DNA of 64,000 nucleotides from an uncultured Acidimicrobiales bacterium (GCA_963801315.1 CAWDEI010000002.1:17516-81515), one strand, 5' to 3'. Counted from the stretch's first letter, positions 30,945 to 41,236 are shown. The notes: generated from the sequence alone by a model not told the origin. Made by a program: numbers and translations.

Positions 30945-31967
30945 ATGGAGTATCGCTTCCTCGGTCGTACCGGCGTCTCGGTGAGCTCGATATGCCTGGG
31001 TGCAATGATGTTCGGCTCGTGGGGCAACACGGATCACGACGACTGCGTACGCATCGTGCGTCGCGCAGTTGATGCGGGCGTCAACTTCATCGACACGGCC
31101 GACGTCTATTCATCGGGCGAGTCCGAGGTCATCGTAGGAAAGGCGCTCGCCGAGATCGGTCGCGACGACATCGTCCTTGCGACGAAGGCACACGGCCAGA
31201 TGGGTCGCGACCGAAATGCGCGCGGCAACTCGCGACGCTGGATCATCGCGGAATGCGAGAACAGTCTGAAGAGGCTCGGCACCGACTACATAGACCTGTA
31301 CCAGATCCACCGACCCGAGCCGGAGACCGACATCGACGAGACACTCGGGGCTCTTACCGACCTGGTGCATGCCGGAAAGATCCGCTACGCCGGGAGCTCC
31401 ACGTTCCCCGCGTACCAGGTGGTCGAGGCGCAGTGGGTGGCCGAGCGTCGAGGGCGCGAGCGGTTCGTCTCCGAGCAACCCCCGTACTCGATACTGACGC
31501 GGGCGATCGAGTCCGACCTGCTCCCCGTGTGCGGCAAGTACGGAATGGGTGTGCTCTCCTGGAGCCCGCTTGCCGGCGGATGGTTGTCGGGAAGGTTCGG
31601 CAAGGGCAAGGACAACACGAGCAGGCGGGCAGAGCGGATCCCGGCGAGATACGACTTGGCGCTGCCCGGCAACCAGCACAAGGTGGAGATCGTCTCGTCG
31701 CTCGCCGAGGTTGCCGACTCCGCGGGGTTGTCACTGGTGGACCTGGCACTCGGGTTCGTCCTCGCGCATCCTCAGGTCACGTGTCCGATCGTGGGACCGC
31801 GCACGATGGAACAGCTCGAGTCGCTGCTCCCTGCAGCCGACACCCGGCTCACCGCTCCGCTTCTCGACCGGATTGACGAGCTCGTTCCGCCCGGGACGAA
31901 CCTCAATGCCTCCGACGGCGGCTGGGACCCTCCCTCTCTGACGCAGGCCGACCTGCGCCGGCGCTGA
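30945..31967 (+). CDS. aldo/keto reductase
   Basis: Intact 340-aa ORF with FIDTADVYSSGESE, LATK and DYIDLYQIHRPE, the AKR catalytic-tetrad context. Confidence 0.85.
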   Translation: MEYRFLGRTGVSVSSICLGAMMFGSWGNTDHDDCVRIVRRAVDAGVNFIDTADVYSSGESEVIVGKALAEIGRDDIVLATKAHGQMGRDRNARGNSRRWIIAECENSLKRLGTDYIDLYQIHRPEPETDIDETLGALTDLVHAGKIRYAGSSTFPAYQVVEAQWVAERRGRERFVSEQPPYSILTRAIESDLLPVCGKYGMGVLSWSPLAGGWLSGRFGKGKDNTSRRAERIPARYDLALPGNQHKVEIVSSLAEVADSAGLSLVDLALGFVLAHPQVTCPIVGPRTMEQLESLLPAADTRLTAPLLDRIDELVPPGTNLNASDGGWDPPSLTQADLRRR

Positions 31968-31968
31968 C

Positions 31969-31991
31969 CTCGACCGGTCGGACCGGTCGAG
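31969..31991. terminator. GC-rich hairpin between convergent genes (bidirectional terminator candidate)
   Basis: ctcgaccggtc-g-gaccggtcgag has 11-nt perfectly complementary arms (effective stem about 9-10 bp). It fills the 24-bp gap between stop 31967 (+) and stop 31992 (-). There is no U-tract. Confidence 0.5.
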
Positions 31992-33143
31992 TCAGCGATC
32001 CATCCGCCAGTAGCGGTGAGTCGCGAACGAGCTGATCGCGAACAGAGCGACCACTACGCCGAGTGTCCATCGGAGAAGCACGTGATTCCCGGCGAGAGGA
32101 TCAGTGCCGAAACCTGCGGCGAACTGATACGCGCCGATCCCTGCTAAAACCGCCAGGAGCGACGCCCAGGAATAGGCCATCTTCAGGCGCCAGCGACGCT
32201 TGAGGTCCGGAACGGCGACATCGGAGCACGAAGCCGCAAAAAGGGAGAAGATCGCTTCGTTGACATCGCGCGCCGGCCAGTACCGGACCCCCGAGTGGTT
32301 CCCCGGCATCAGATGAGTTCTGAACGGGAGTACGAGGTGTGCCATCCCCGTGTTTAGAGCCGCCTCCCGCTTGTCCTCGATCAGACCGCTCCCCTGAATC
32401 TGATTGGTCGAAAGGTCCACGTCTCCTGTCGCAGCGACGGGTTGCGGAGCATGCATGCCGGTTATCGCGCACACGTTCCCCAACAGATATGCGAGGTCGT
32501 AGGTGTCTCCGTGACCCGGTCCCCAGATGAAGCGACGGGGCGGAATCTTGAACCGGGTCAGGTGAGCGCGCAAGACCCGGTGATCGTGCACATCGACGAC
32601 GGCATTGTGCTCGATCGCCCAGTTCAACCGCACCGGCCTGAACGGCAGGCGCGGGAACCGTCTCTCTGACACGACGACGGCCCCGTCTCCGAAGGTCCGG
32701 TCTCTGGTCTTAAGCGATGCTCCCGAACGGAGCCTCCGAACGTGATTGTCGACGAACTGAGTCGCCAGCGCATACATGCGGTCACGTTCAGGCAGATCGA
32801 ACGGGTCGAGTGCGTCACGGTTGGCCGGGAGGAGAAGAGCGGCCTCTGCGCCCGGGTGAAGTCGTTCGCGGCCCGGGGCAAGGACATAGATGTTGTCGTA
32901 CAGAGGGAATGCGGTCATTGCAGGCCCGAGGTCGACCGGCTCGAGGTCGACCGGCTCGAGGGTGTCGTCGTCCGGAGGCGATCCGGCGCTCGGCAGGTCG
33001 ACAGCGCTGTGCACGCCGGGCGCGCCCGCATGGACGGGAACGGCCGGGATCACAGGTAGGTCCAGACCGGTTACCGGATCGAACCTGACGTGAGCAGTCC
33101 GCTCACGTCGCTCGGGGCCGGGAGGTTCCGCTAGCACGCCCAC
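31992..33143 (-). CDS. hypothetical membrane-anchored protein with a weak Lon/S16-peptidase-like segment
   Basis: 383-aa ORF with C-terminal hydrophobic helices (YSWASLLAVLAGIGAYQFAAGF, TLGVVVALFAISSFA). The internal GPGHGDTYDLAYLLG...AATGDVDLSTNQIQGSGLIEDKREAALNTGMAHLVLP resembles the S16 fold pattern G-P-S-A-G...A-x-T-G-x-i...G-G-i-x-x-K-x-x-A-A. The start may instead be the MTAFPLYD Met at about 32918. Confidence 0.4.
   Translation of the reverse strand: MGVLAEPPGPERRERTAHVRFDPVTGLDLPVIPAVPVHAGAPGVHSAVDLPSAGSPPDDDTLEPVDLEPVDLGPAMTAFPLYDNIYVLAPGRERLHPGAEAALLLPANRDALDPFDLPERDRMYALATQFVDNHVRRLRSGASLKTRDRTFGDGAVVVSERRFPRLPFRPVRLNWAIEHNAVVDVHDHRVLRAHLTRFKIPPRRFIWGPGHGDTYDLAYLLGNVCAITGMHAPQPVAATGDVDLSTNQIQGSGLIEDKREAALNTGMAHLVLPFRTHLMPGNHSGVRYWPARDVNEAIFSLFAASCSDVAVPDLKRRWRLKMAYSWASLLAVLAGIGAYQFAAGFGTDPLAGNHVLLRWTLGVVVALFAISSFATHRYWRMDR
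32928..32961. repeat. 15-bp in-frame tandem duplication inside a CDS (gaggtcgaccggctc x2.3)
   Basis: It encodes LEPVDLEPVDL in the hypothetical protein. The unit is a multiple of three, so the frame is preserved. Confidence 0.8.
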
Positions 33144-33193
33144 ACCTCAGGAGAGAATAGTTGCCGGCGCGCCGGGAACCCCCGTGAGGGAGG

Positions 33194-34318
33194 ATGACGG
33201 ACGTGCCAGATCCGGACAGCGACTCGCGTGCCGCATTCGACGAATTACTCGACCTACTGCGGGAGGTAGTGGACCGGTTCGCCGGGGCGGAGTGGGGGAT
33301 CTCGACTCCCGAGGACGTCGCCGGCGCCATCCGACTGATCGCGAACCTGCTCGAAGGCGGGCTGGTCGGCCACTTCGAAGACGATCCGCGCGAGCCGGTC
33401 TTCCGCCAGATCGTGACCTCGACCCGAAAGAGTCTCGGCGACAACGCTGACGCCATCTACTTCGACGCTCTTGTTTCGTCCGAGCATGCCTACCGTGTCC
33501 GCGGACGTATGGCAGGCGCCGTCTACGTCTCGTTCACGATCGAGGCCGGCGGAGCAGGCGGAGGCTTTCCAAAACGAACCGCCGGCGTGCTGAACGACAC
33601 GCAATTCGACGTCGACCCCGAAGGACGTTTCGAGATATTCGTCGGAGGTCCTCCTCGCGACCGCAACTGGATTGCGCTAGCACCGGATGCCTCACGCGTC
33701 ACGAGCCGCCACTACTTCGAACAGAAGCGCACTCCGGCGGTTCCGCCGATGCCTGAGCTCGCCCTCGAGATCCAGCTCGTCGGACACCATGAGCCGCCGG
33801 CCCCCCCATCGGACGGCTCGGTAGCAGAAGGCCTTCGCCGGGTCGCCAACTATGTGCGTTCGCGCTCACTCGACCAGCCGAAGCTAGGTGAGGCCGAGCA
33901 GCCGGCTTTCGTCTCGCAGGAGCTCAACGTCTTTCCCAAGCCGGTATCGCCCGGCGACCATGCGCTGGCCGCCGCCGACGCCTCCTACAGCATGGCCGCA
34001 TACTTGCTCGGGCCCGACGATGCCCTCGTCATCGACGCCAGGTGGCCCGAGTGCCGATGCGCCAACGTGTCGTTGTGGAACCGGCATCTCCAGACCTACG
34101 ACTACGCCCACCGGCAGGTGTCGCTGAACCGCGCACAGACCGAAATCGACCCGGACGGAAGCTTCCGAGTCGTGATCGCTCATCGCGACCCAGGGGTGGC
34201 GAACTGGCTCGACACCGAGGGCCGGCCGTTCGGTCTGGTCTTCTGGCGGTATCTGCTGCCCGAAGGAGAGATCCAGACTCCGCAGGCGCGGGTAGTCGAC
34301 ATCGCGAACCTCGCCTGA
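33194..34318 (+). CDS. DUF1214-type conserved hypothetical protein
   Basis: Intact 374-aa ORF. The C-terminal ...NVSLWNRHLQTYDYAHRQVSLNRAQTEIDPDGSFRVVIAHRDPGVANWLDTEGRPFGLVFWRYLLP matches my memory of DUF1214 proteins. GGGAGGA RBS. Confidence 0.55.
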   Translation: MTDVPDPDSDSRAAFDELLDLLREVVDRFAGAEWGISTPEDVAGAIRLIANLLEGGLVGHFEDDPREPVFRQIVTSTRKSLGDNADAIYFDALVSSEHAYRVRGRMAGAVYVSFTIEAGGAGGGFPKRTAGVLNDTQFDVDPEGRFEIFVGGPPRDRNWIALAPDASRVTSRHYFEQKRTPAVPPMPELALEIQLVGHHEPPAPPSDGSVAEGLRRVANYVRSRSLDQPKLGEAEQPAFVSQELNVFPKPVSPGDHALAAADASYSMAAYLLGPDDALVIDARWPECRCANVSLWNRHLQTYDYAHRQVSLNRAQTEIDPDGSFRVVIAHRDPGVANWLDTEGRPFGLVFWRYLLPEGEIQTPQARVVDIANLA

Positions 34319-34322
34319 TCGG

Positions 34323-34700
34323 TCAGCTGTAGTCGACCTTTCCCGCGCCAGGGACGCCGATCGCGAATGCCAGACCACGCAGAGGTGCGTTCTCGCTCGC
34401 CGGCCAGATGCTGTGAGTCGTGTCGGGCGGCGTGTAGACGAGGTCGCCGGCATGCACTTCACGCTCCTCGTCGGCGATCTTCATGATCCCGCGGCCGGCG
34501 ATTATGTAATAGAACTCGTGCGTCGGATGAGAGTGCGGGTCGACCGCCCCTCCACCGGCGATCTCCCACTCGCTCACGAGCTCGAGAAAGCCTCCTTCGG
34601 TGGCGGCCCGCATCTGCTGGGGAGGCACCAGCCACCAGACCGGCGTGGTGCCGTTGTGCTCGATGACAGGTGCCATGTCCTCAATCGACCGGACGTCCAT
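34323..34700 (-). CDS. cupin domain protein
   Basis: 125-aa ORF with GGGAVDPHSHPTHEFYYIIAGRG...GDLVYTPPDTTHS, the two-motif cupin His pattern. Confidence 0.75.
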   Translation of the reverse strand: MDVRSIEDMAPVIEHNGTTPVWWLVPPQQMRAATEGGFLELVSEWEIAGGGAVDPHSHPTHEFYYIIAGRGIMKIADEEREVHAGDLVYTPPDTTHSIWPASENAPLRGLAFAIGVPGAGKVDYS

Positions 34701-34827
34701 GTGCGCTGTCTCCTTTGTCGACGATTACAGCGAAAAGGTAGGCGTTTTCACGCTGCTATGCCGACGCACCGGGACACCTTGAGATCGTGAGCACGGATCG
34801 GTACCTCACAGATCGTAAGCTGTTGCC

Positions 34828-35850
34828 ATGGTGAAGCTTCGGTTCAGCCGACGCGCACGATTGATGCGAACTGGAATCGCACTCGTGCTGATCGCCGCAC
34901 TCGTCTTCTTCGTTGTCTCGAAGCTCGACGCGAGCACGCCAAGCAAGGCAACCGGCGATCCGACCGGCGATCCCTCGAGCAAGACGACGGTTCGGACAAA
35001 GGACCACGGCCTTCCGCCGCGCGTTTCGTCGCCTGTCAGGACAACTTCGCTTCGTCCTCCCGCGTCCACGGCACCACCTGGTCCCGGTCCGTCAACGACA
35101 CTTGCACCCGACGAGCGGTCCGATCCGCTCGGCGCGGAGGTGTCGTCGTACGTGTCAGGTCGATCGGGAACCGTGACAGCGACCGTCTACGACGTTTACA
35201 CAGGTCAGATCTGGAGTCTCGGGAACGGCGTTGCGCAGGATGAGGCGAGCATAGTGAAGGTCGACATCCTCGAAGCACTTCTTGCGCAATCTGGAAAGCA
35301 CGGACTGTCCGCAGCAGATCAAGCTCTTGCGCAGAGCATGATCGAGTACAGCGACAATGACGCTGCGACGACGTTGTGGTCGGATGTCGGAGGCGCCGCG
35401 GGATTGTCCGCGTTTGATGACTCGGCCGGCCTCAGCCAGACGAGGCCGTCACCGTGCCTGCAATGTGCAGGTTTTCCCTGGCCCGGTTGGGGACTGACAA
35501 CCACCACGTCCTCGGACCAGATCCAGTTGTTGCGAAGGATCGTGGAGCCGAATCCGGTGCTCACCGATGCGGAGCGTAACTACGCGCTCCAATTGCTCGA
35601 GAATGTCACTCCGGACGAACGGTGGGGAGTGACCGGAGGAGTGCCACAGCAGGCGACCGTCGCCCTCAAGAACGGATGGTTGCCGTTGAACAGCTCCGAC
35701 ACCGATTGGCAGATCAACAGCATTGGCTGGGTCGCGGGAGCCGGTAGAAGCTACCTGATCGCCGCACTGACCACGGGTGATCCGAGCGAGCAATATGGCA
35801 TAGACACGATCGATCAGATATCGAGCCTGGTTTGGCAGGGTTTGGGGTAA
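34828..35850 (+). CDS. class A beta-lactamase-related serine hydrolase, secreted or membrane-anchored
   Basis: N-terminal TM/signal (TGIALVLIAALVFFVV) and a Pro/Thr-rich linker. The motifs SIVK (SxxK), YSDND (SDN) and LKNGW (K[T/S/N]G) appear in the correct order. Confidence 0.7.
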   Translation: MVKLRFSRRARLMRTGIALVLIAALVFFVVSKLDASTPSKATGDPTGDPSSKTTVRTKDHGLPPRVSSPVRTTSLRPPASTAPPGPGPSTTLAPDERSDPLGAEVSSYVSGRSGTVTATVYDVYTGQIWSLGNGVAQDEASIVKVDILEALLAQSGKHGLSAADQALAQSMIEYSDNDAATTLWSDVGGAAGLSAFDDSAGLSQTRPSPCLQCAGFPWPGWGLTTTTSSDQIQLLRRIVEPNPVLTDAERNYALQLLENVTPDERWGVTGGVPQQATVALKNGWLPLNSSDTDWQINSIGWVAGAGRSYLIAALTTGDPSEQYGIDTIDQISSLVWQGLG

Positions 35851-35856
35851 AGCTGC

Positions 35857-37071
35857 TCAGACCTGGTTCCATTGGTAGTTAGGGAGCCCGTAGCCAGTCG
35901 CTAGGGGATTCCATTGATTCGTGAATCCCATCTTGTAGAGCGTGGCCTGCTCGTTGGGCGTGACGGCAGCCTGCCAGTGTGCGTTCGCGGAGTAGTCGGT
36001 AGAGCAATTTCCGATCTCACTGTTGGCCCAGCCTGCATAGTCGCTATCGACAGTTTCGGATGTCTGCCAAGCATGTTGGAGGTTCTGGACCATCTTCTGA
36101 GGCAACGTCGACAGGCCGCGAAGAGCTTTCAGCATCGTCAGAAGATGCTGACGAGATTTTGCGGCACTCCCGAAGACCTGGGCGTCCCCGACAAGGTTCG
36201 GGCCGCAATTCTCGACATCGTTGTTGGCATTGACGATGGCATCGCGATCGATCGCGCTCTGACCGAGAAGTCCTGCGAGGGATGTCGCAGCTTGTCGTTG
36301 CGTAACCGGAGCTGCCGTCGGAGGTGGCGGAAAAGATGTGACCGGGGTCGTCACGGGGGTCGTCACGGGACTCGTGATCGGAGTCGTCACCGGAGAGGTC
36401 GAGGGCGTGACCGAAGTCGTCGTGGATATGCCCGTCTGGGGTTGGGTGGTAGTCGAGGCGGACGCCTTGTGCCCGTTGGATACGAGGACATACGCAAGGG
36501 CACCGGAGCCGAGCACGAGGAGCACGGCAACTACGGCAACAAGGGCGGCCCACGGCCTTCGGGGCTTCTTCTGACCGCCATAGTAGGGCCCGCCGCCCGA
36601 AGCCGGCGGGCCCGGGGCGCGCGGAGGCGGAACTCCCGGTGGTGGAGCTGGCGGCGGCGAAGCGACAGGGACCGCAGCGGCCGGGACCGGAGCGTTCCAA
36701 TCCCAAGCGCTCGGCGTCTCGGGGACCGCACCGGTCAAGTCCGGGGGACGTGTCAGCGTCTCTGTTGGGACGTCGATGGGTCCGGTTCCCGGAGGCGCTG
36801 GAGGTGCCGCACTCGGACCAGATACGGCGCCGGGAGCTACTGGCTCCGGTGCTCCGGCCAAGCGGGCACCACAGGTTTCGCAGAACGAACCGCGGGCGTT
36901 CGTCGGGTGCCCGTTCGGACACATGACCTGCAGCGGTGCACCACACTCGGTGCAGAACGCGCCGCTATGTCCTCCAGGGGGTGCGGGGTGCCGATTCGGA
37001 CAGATGAACTCGCCTGGTGCCACCGCCACATCCCACCCTGGTCGCCGGGGGGCCGATACTAGGTTCATCAA
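35857..37071 (-). CDS. double zinc-ribbon, proline-rich, single-pass membrane protein (unknown function)
   Basis: Two zinc ribbons (CPNRHPAPPGGHSGAFCTECGAPL and CPNGHPTNARGSFCETCGARL), a Pro-rich tract, a TM segment (WAALVAVVAVLLVLGSGALAYVLV) and an extracytoplasmic C-terminal domain. Confidence 0.6.
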   Translation of the reverse strand: MMNLVSAPRRPGWDVAVAPGEFICPNRHPAPPGGHSGAFCTECGAPLQVMCPNGHPTNARGSFCETCGARLAGAPEPVAPGAVSGPSAAPPAPPGTGPIDVPTETLTRPPDLTGAVPETPSAWDWNAPVPAAAVPVASPPPAPPPGVPPPRAPGPPASGGGPYYGGQKKPRRPWAALVAVVAVLLVLGSGALAYVLVSNGHKASASTTTQPQTGISTTTSVTPSTSPVTTPITSPVTTPVTTPVTSFPPPPTAAPVTQRQAATSLAGLLGQSAIDRDAIVNANNDVENCGPNLVGDAQVFGSAAKSRQHLLTMLKALRGLSTLPQKMVQNLQHAWQTSETVDSDYAGWANSEIGNCSTDYSANAHWQAAVTPNEQATLYKMGFTNQWNPLATGYGLPNYQWNQV

Positions 37072-37220
37072 CCCGTGAGCTCAACATGTGGATGCTTACG
37101 CGTAACACTCGTGCAGCCGGTATCAGGGCTTGCGGAGGACTCCCAGCTTCGTGCGCCGGATCAGCCAGTCGCGACGCCTCATCGGTCACACTCAAAATCT
37201 CTAGATCGATTTACGTGGCG

Positions 37221-37294
37221 TGGGGGTAGCAAGAATCGAACTTGCGACCTCAGCATTATCAGTGCTGCGCTCTAACCGACTGAGCTATACCCCC
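37221..37294 (-). tRNA. tRNA-Ile (anticodon GAU)
   Basis: The reverse complement GGGGGTATAGCTCAGTCGGTTAGAGCGCAGCACTGATAATGCTGAGGTCGCAAGTTCGATTCTTGCTACCCCCA folds as a cloverleaf. It has a 7-bp acceptor stem GGGGGTA/TACCCCC, anticodon loop CTGATAA and TTCGATT T-loop. CCA is not encoded. Confidence 0.9.
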
Positions 37295-37520
37295 GAGGGC
37301 CATGCCGACTTGACCCCGAGATCCTAGTCCCGGTCCCGGTTCGACCACCCCGGCTTTCCGTGCCGTAGCTGGAATCCCCCGTAAGAGCAGCACCACATGA
37401 CCTCGTTCTCATTAGGAACGATGCCGGCTGGCTCTTGCGGGAACGTACGAGATGGATGCCGCACCAGGTGTCCCCTGAACGTCATCGCCGTTTCGCGTCC
37501 GCGATTCTCACAATGGCGGG

Positions 37521-39210
37521 TTGTCCGATCCCGCGTCGACGCGACGCGCCCTACTAGCATCCGGGCGGATGAATGGCGGGCCGGCACGAAGCGGGCAGGC
37601 GCTTCGATTGGTCTGGTTCCTCGCTCCAGTTGCGGCACTGCTTGCGTTCATTCCGTCGCTCTGGGCTGGCTATCTCGCCGACGACTTCGTGATGCTTCGA
37701 ACGATCAATGTGCTACACCTTCCTCTGCAAGCATTTACGCACAATGACATCGGCGGCACTGTAGGTCATCCGTACAGACCGCTCTGGGTGCTCGCCAACG
37801 GTGCGATCAACAGGCTGACCTCGAGCTCCGTGGCGCATCACCTTTTCAATGTCGCGCTCTATGCCGTAGCAGCGGTTCTCGTTGTCGTCATCGCCGACCG
37901 CTTCGTCGAACGGCGTGTTGCCGTTCTCGCCGGTGTCCTCTTCGCGCTGTACCCGCGTCACGCCGAAGCTGTGGCGTGGATCGCCGGATCGACCGATCTC
38001 TTGGCAGGGTTCTTCACGCTGGCAGCGCTGGCAGCGCTGACGGCACGGGAGGCGCCGAAGTGGGCGCTTGCCGCCGGCGCGGCTCGCGGGGGTTGCGGCC
38101 CCGCTGGCCAAGGAATCGGCATACCCTCTCCCGACGCTGGCCATCTTGCTCGTGGCCGCACTTTGGTCGTCAGAAACCGCGCCCGTTCGTAAGCGGCGGG
38201 CGGTGGCGGTCGCAGTCCTTACGGTGGGCGTCGTGGGTGACCTTTTGGTGCGTACCCTGGTCATTCACGGTTTGGGCAACGACGTCACCGAGCCCTTTGG
38301 TCTCCACCGGCTCGCGGTCGTGCTTGCATCTCAGCTCTTGGCGACATTCACCACGTCGCAGATGCCCGTGCTGGAGCATCCGGCTCTGCTGGTGATACCG
38401 GTCGCGGTCGCGACGCTTGCCGTGTTTGCGTCGCTCCAAACGATCCGGAGTGGTGTCGGCTCGCGTCAGAGGCTGCTGATCGTCGGAGTCGTCTGGTATC
38501 TCGTCTCTCTTGTACCGATTTACAACAATGCTGTCGTTCTGAACGACGCCAATGGTGAGCGGCTCCTATATCTCCCGTCAGTAGGTTTCGCGCTGGCGAT
38601 CGCCGCTGTTGCAGCTCCGTTGCTCGAACTACGGTACGGACGAGCCTTGATGGCACTCGGCGCGATAGCCGCTCTGTTTGCCTGTCTTGCGGGCTCGATG
38701 GACTACGTCACGGCTGGCCAAATCCGCAATCGTGTCATTGCCGACACCATCCGGCTGGCACCCAAGAACGCCACGGTGGTCGTCCTCAACATCCCGGACT
38801 CCAACCGGTCGGCTCGACTACTTGGCGCCGGGTTCCCCGAAGCCATCGCGAGAGCCGGTCGAGCTGACCTGAAGTTCGTAACGTGCGCTCCAAGCATCGT
38901 CGAGACCGGCAGCCCCCAGCCACTTCATTTCACCATCCAGACGAACGGCGAGATCTTGGCGCAATCGACGGCAAGCCTGCCTTTCGAGACGCCGGAGAGC
39001 GGGCGGGCGATCGGGACAGGCGGTTGCGTCTACAGTCCGGATCCCGTTGGGAAGCTAGCACCGGGCCTCGAGACGGCTGTCCTGCTCCGCCTGGCTCCCA
39101 CTGGCGGGAACACCATCTACCTTTGGTTCGATGGGGTCAACATGCAGGCGTGCAATCCAACGGTCTGTCCGGGTTTGGACAACACGGACGCGTCTTCGGT
39201 GGCAAGCTGA
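37521..39210 (+). pseudogene. GT-C-type polytopic membrane glycosyltransferase (ArnT/PMT-like), frameshifted
   Basis: ORF 37521..38192 has multiple TM segments and a first-loop acidic motif (YLADDFVML). ORF 38068..39210 continues it (LAGVAAPLAKESAYPLPTLAILLVAAL... plus more TMs and a soluble C-terminal domain). The shift is at about 38070 in GGGGG/CCCC runs. The start may be the Met at about 37569. Confidence 0.6.
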
Positions 39211-39230
39211 GAAGCAGCCGGTCTGCCGCA

Positions 39231-40432
39231 ATGACAGCCTTGCTGTCGACTCCATTGCCTGAGGTGAACTCCAACGAGAGGGCGGCTGGCCGGCGAGCCT
39301 CGATCGCGGTGTCAGCCCGTGCGGCCGTCCTCCCGTTCATCGTCACGCGTGCGATCGTTCTCGGTGCCGTCGTTCTGGCTCGGTTCTTGGTCGACCAGTT
39401 GCACCCGTCAGTGAGGAGCCCAGCGGGAGCCAGAGCCGTCCAGACAGCCCACTCCGGGCTGCTGGCGTGGGACGCATCCTGGTACCGCCAGATCGCGGAG
39501 TTCGGCTATGCGAAATCGGGTGAGCCTGCATTGCGCTTCTTCCCCGCGTTCCCACTTCTCGGAAGGGCGCTCGGAACGCTGACGGGCATATCGGACGGCG
39601 TCGCGCTGATCGTGCTGGCCAATCTGTTCGGGTTCGGCGCTCTCGTCCTCTTGCATGCGCTGGTGTCGCGCGAATCGCTGGGCAGCTCGACCGCCGTTCG
39701 GACGATCTGGATCATCTCGCTCTGGCCGGCCGCGTTCGTTCTCGTCATGGGCTACGCGGAGTCGCTATTTCTTTGTCTGTCCATCGCCGCCTTCTTGTGC
39801 TGGCGTACCGGGCGCCCGTGGTGGTCACTCGCGCCCGCATTCCTGGCGGGACTGTGCCGTCCTGTCGGCGCCCTACTGGCACTACCGGCTCTCGTGGAGG
39901 CGATCAGATGGTGGCGCGCCGGTGGACGACACCCGTTGGGAATACTTACGGGACGCCTGCTCGCGATACGCGGCGGCCCCACTCGGGATGCTGACGTACC
40001 TTTCCTGGTCGGCGGTCGCTGCCGGAGGTTTCCTCGAGCCGCTTTCGCAGCAGACGTCGCGAGCGCACCGAGGTGGGATCTCCGACCCGTTCGTCAGCAA
40101 TTGCGCACGACACGGTCGACCTTGTACACGGCCAGCATCTCGGCAGTGCGCTCCACACGCCGTTCGCTGTCGTCTTCGTCATTCTTACGATCTACCTGTT
40201 CTTCAAGCTTCCTGCGGAGTACGGGTGGTACGCCGCAGGCTCGATGCTCGTGGCGAGCGCTTCACCGAACCTCGACTCACTCGAACGATACGGGCTCGCC
40301 TGCTTCCCGTTGGCGATCGCGGCAGCGTGTCTGACCGAACGTCGACTCGCACTGCGGGCAGTGCTGACCGGTATGGGAGCGCTCCTCACTACGTTCGCAC
40401 TGCTCGCATTCCTAGGGCTCTACGTCCCGTGA
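39231..40432 (+). pseudogene. GT-C mannosyltransferase-like membrane protein (PIG-V-like), two frameshifts
   Basis: ATG 39231 (MTALLSTPL...LLAWDASWYRQIAEFGY...) is in ORF 38883..40334. AAAPLGMLTYLSWSAVAAGGFLEPLSQQ...GGISDPFVS is in ORF 39655..40551. IAHDTVDLVHGQHLGSALHTPFAVVFVILTIYLFF...LERYGLACFPLAIAAA is in ORF 40073..40432. Shifts are at about 39965 and 40095. Confidence 0.6.
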
Positions 40433-40477
40433 TACAACGGGGCACCAGATGTCCCGTGATGCAGCGGGGGACCAGCA
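40424..40477. repeat. 27-bp imperfect tandem duplication (22/27 identical) spanning a stop codon
   Basis: gtcccgtgatacaacggggcaccagat followed by gtcccgtgatgcagcgggggaccagca. The first copy contains the TGA (40430-40432) of the upstream glycosyltransferase gene. Confidence 0.75.
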
Positions 40478-40534
40478 ACGGCGCTCCGCGCCAACACCCG
40501 ACGAGTTGTGGGAGGCTCGATCGGGAGGTGACAG

Positions 40535-41236
40535 ATGGAACCGATAAGTGAGGATTGGGAGCGTGCCGTCGCCATAGTCGCCCATCCCGACGACTTGGAA
40601 TACGGGGCGGCCAGTGCAGTCGCCAGGTGGACATCGCAAGGCAAGGAGATCTCCTACGTCCTTGCCACGAGCGGCGAAGCGGGGATCGCGGGGATGCCGC
40701 CCGACAAGACCCGACCGCTACGAGAAGAAGAGCAGGTCCGCAGTGCGGCTGTCGTCGGAGTGCACCATGTCGAGTTCCTCGGGCACGCCGATGGGGCGGT
40801 CGAGTACGGGCTCGATCTCCGTCGCGACCTGGCCGGTGCACTCCGGCGGCTACGCCCGGAGGTGGTGGTCGGGATGAACTTCGACCTCACGTGGGGAGAA
40901 GGCGGCTACGTGAACCACGCCGACCACCGAGCCGTCGGCTTGGCGGCTCTCGACGCGTGTCGAGATGCGGCCAACGAATGGGTGTTTCCGGACCTCGGGG
41001 CCCCTTGGGCCGGGATCAAGGCGACGTACATCGGCGGCACGGAGAAGGCGACCCACTACGTCGATGTCACCGACACAATTGACCTGGGGGTCGCCTCACT
41101 CCGTGAGCACAGGGCATATATCGAAGGCCTCGGTACGGACTTCGACCCGGACGAGTTCTTGCGCAACATTGCTGGTTACGGTGGCATGGCAGCGGGCTGC
41201 GAGTACGCCGTGCTGCTCCAAGCATTCAACGCCTGA
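40535..41236 (+). CDS. PIG-L / LmbE family N-acetylglucosaminyl deacetylase
   Basis: Intact 233-aa ORF with AIVAHPDDLEYG (AHPDD zinc motif) and HADHRAVG. Confidence 0.8.
   Translation: MEPISEDWERAVAIVAHPDDLEYGAASAVARWTSQGKEISYVLATSGEAGIAGMPPDKTRPLREEEQVRSAAVVGVHHVEFLGHADGAVEYGLDLRRDLAGALRRLRPEVVVGMNFDLTWGEGGYVNHADHRAVGLAALDACRDAANEWVFPDLGAPWAGIKATYIGGTEKATHYVDVTDTIDLGVASLREHRAYIEGLGTDFDPDEFLRNIAGYGGMAAGCEYAVLLQAFNA

Noticed and set aside
37072-37520. Genomic island or integrase next to tRNA-Ile.
   Set aside because: No integrase, no direct repeat of the tRNA 3' end and no compositional break were seen on either side. The flanking ORFs 37324..37638 and 37075..37275 have no coding features.
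1545-40432. Programmed ribosomal frameshifting as the explanation for split genes.
   Set aside because: No slippery heptamers or consistent downstream structures were seen at the junctions. Shifts occur in both directions, several per gene, and in unrelated enzyme families.
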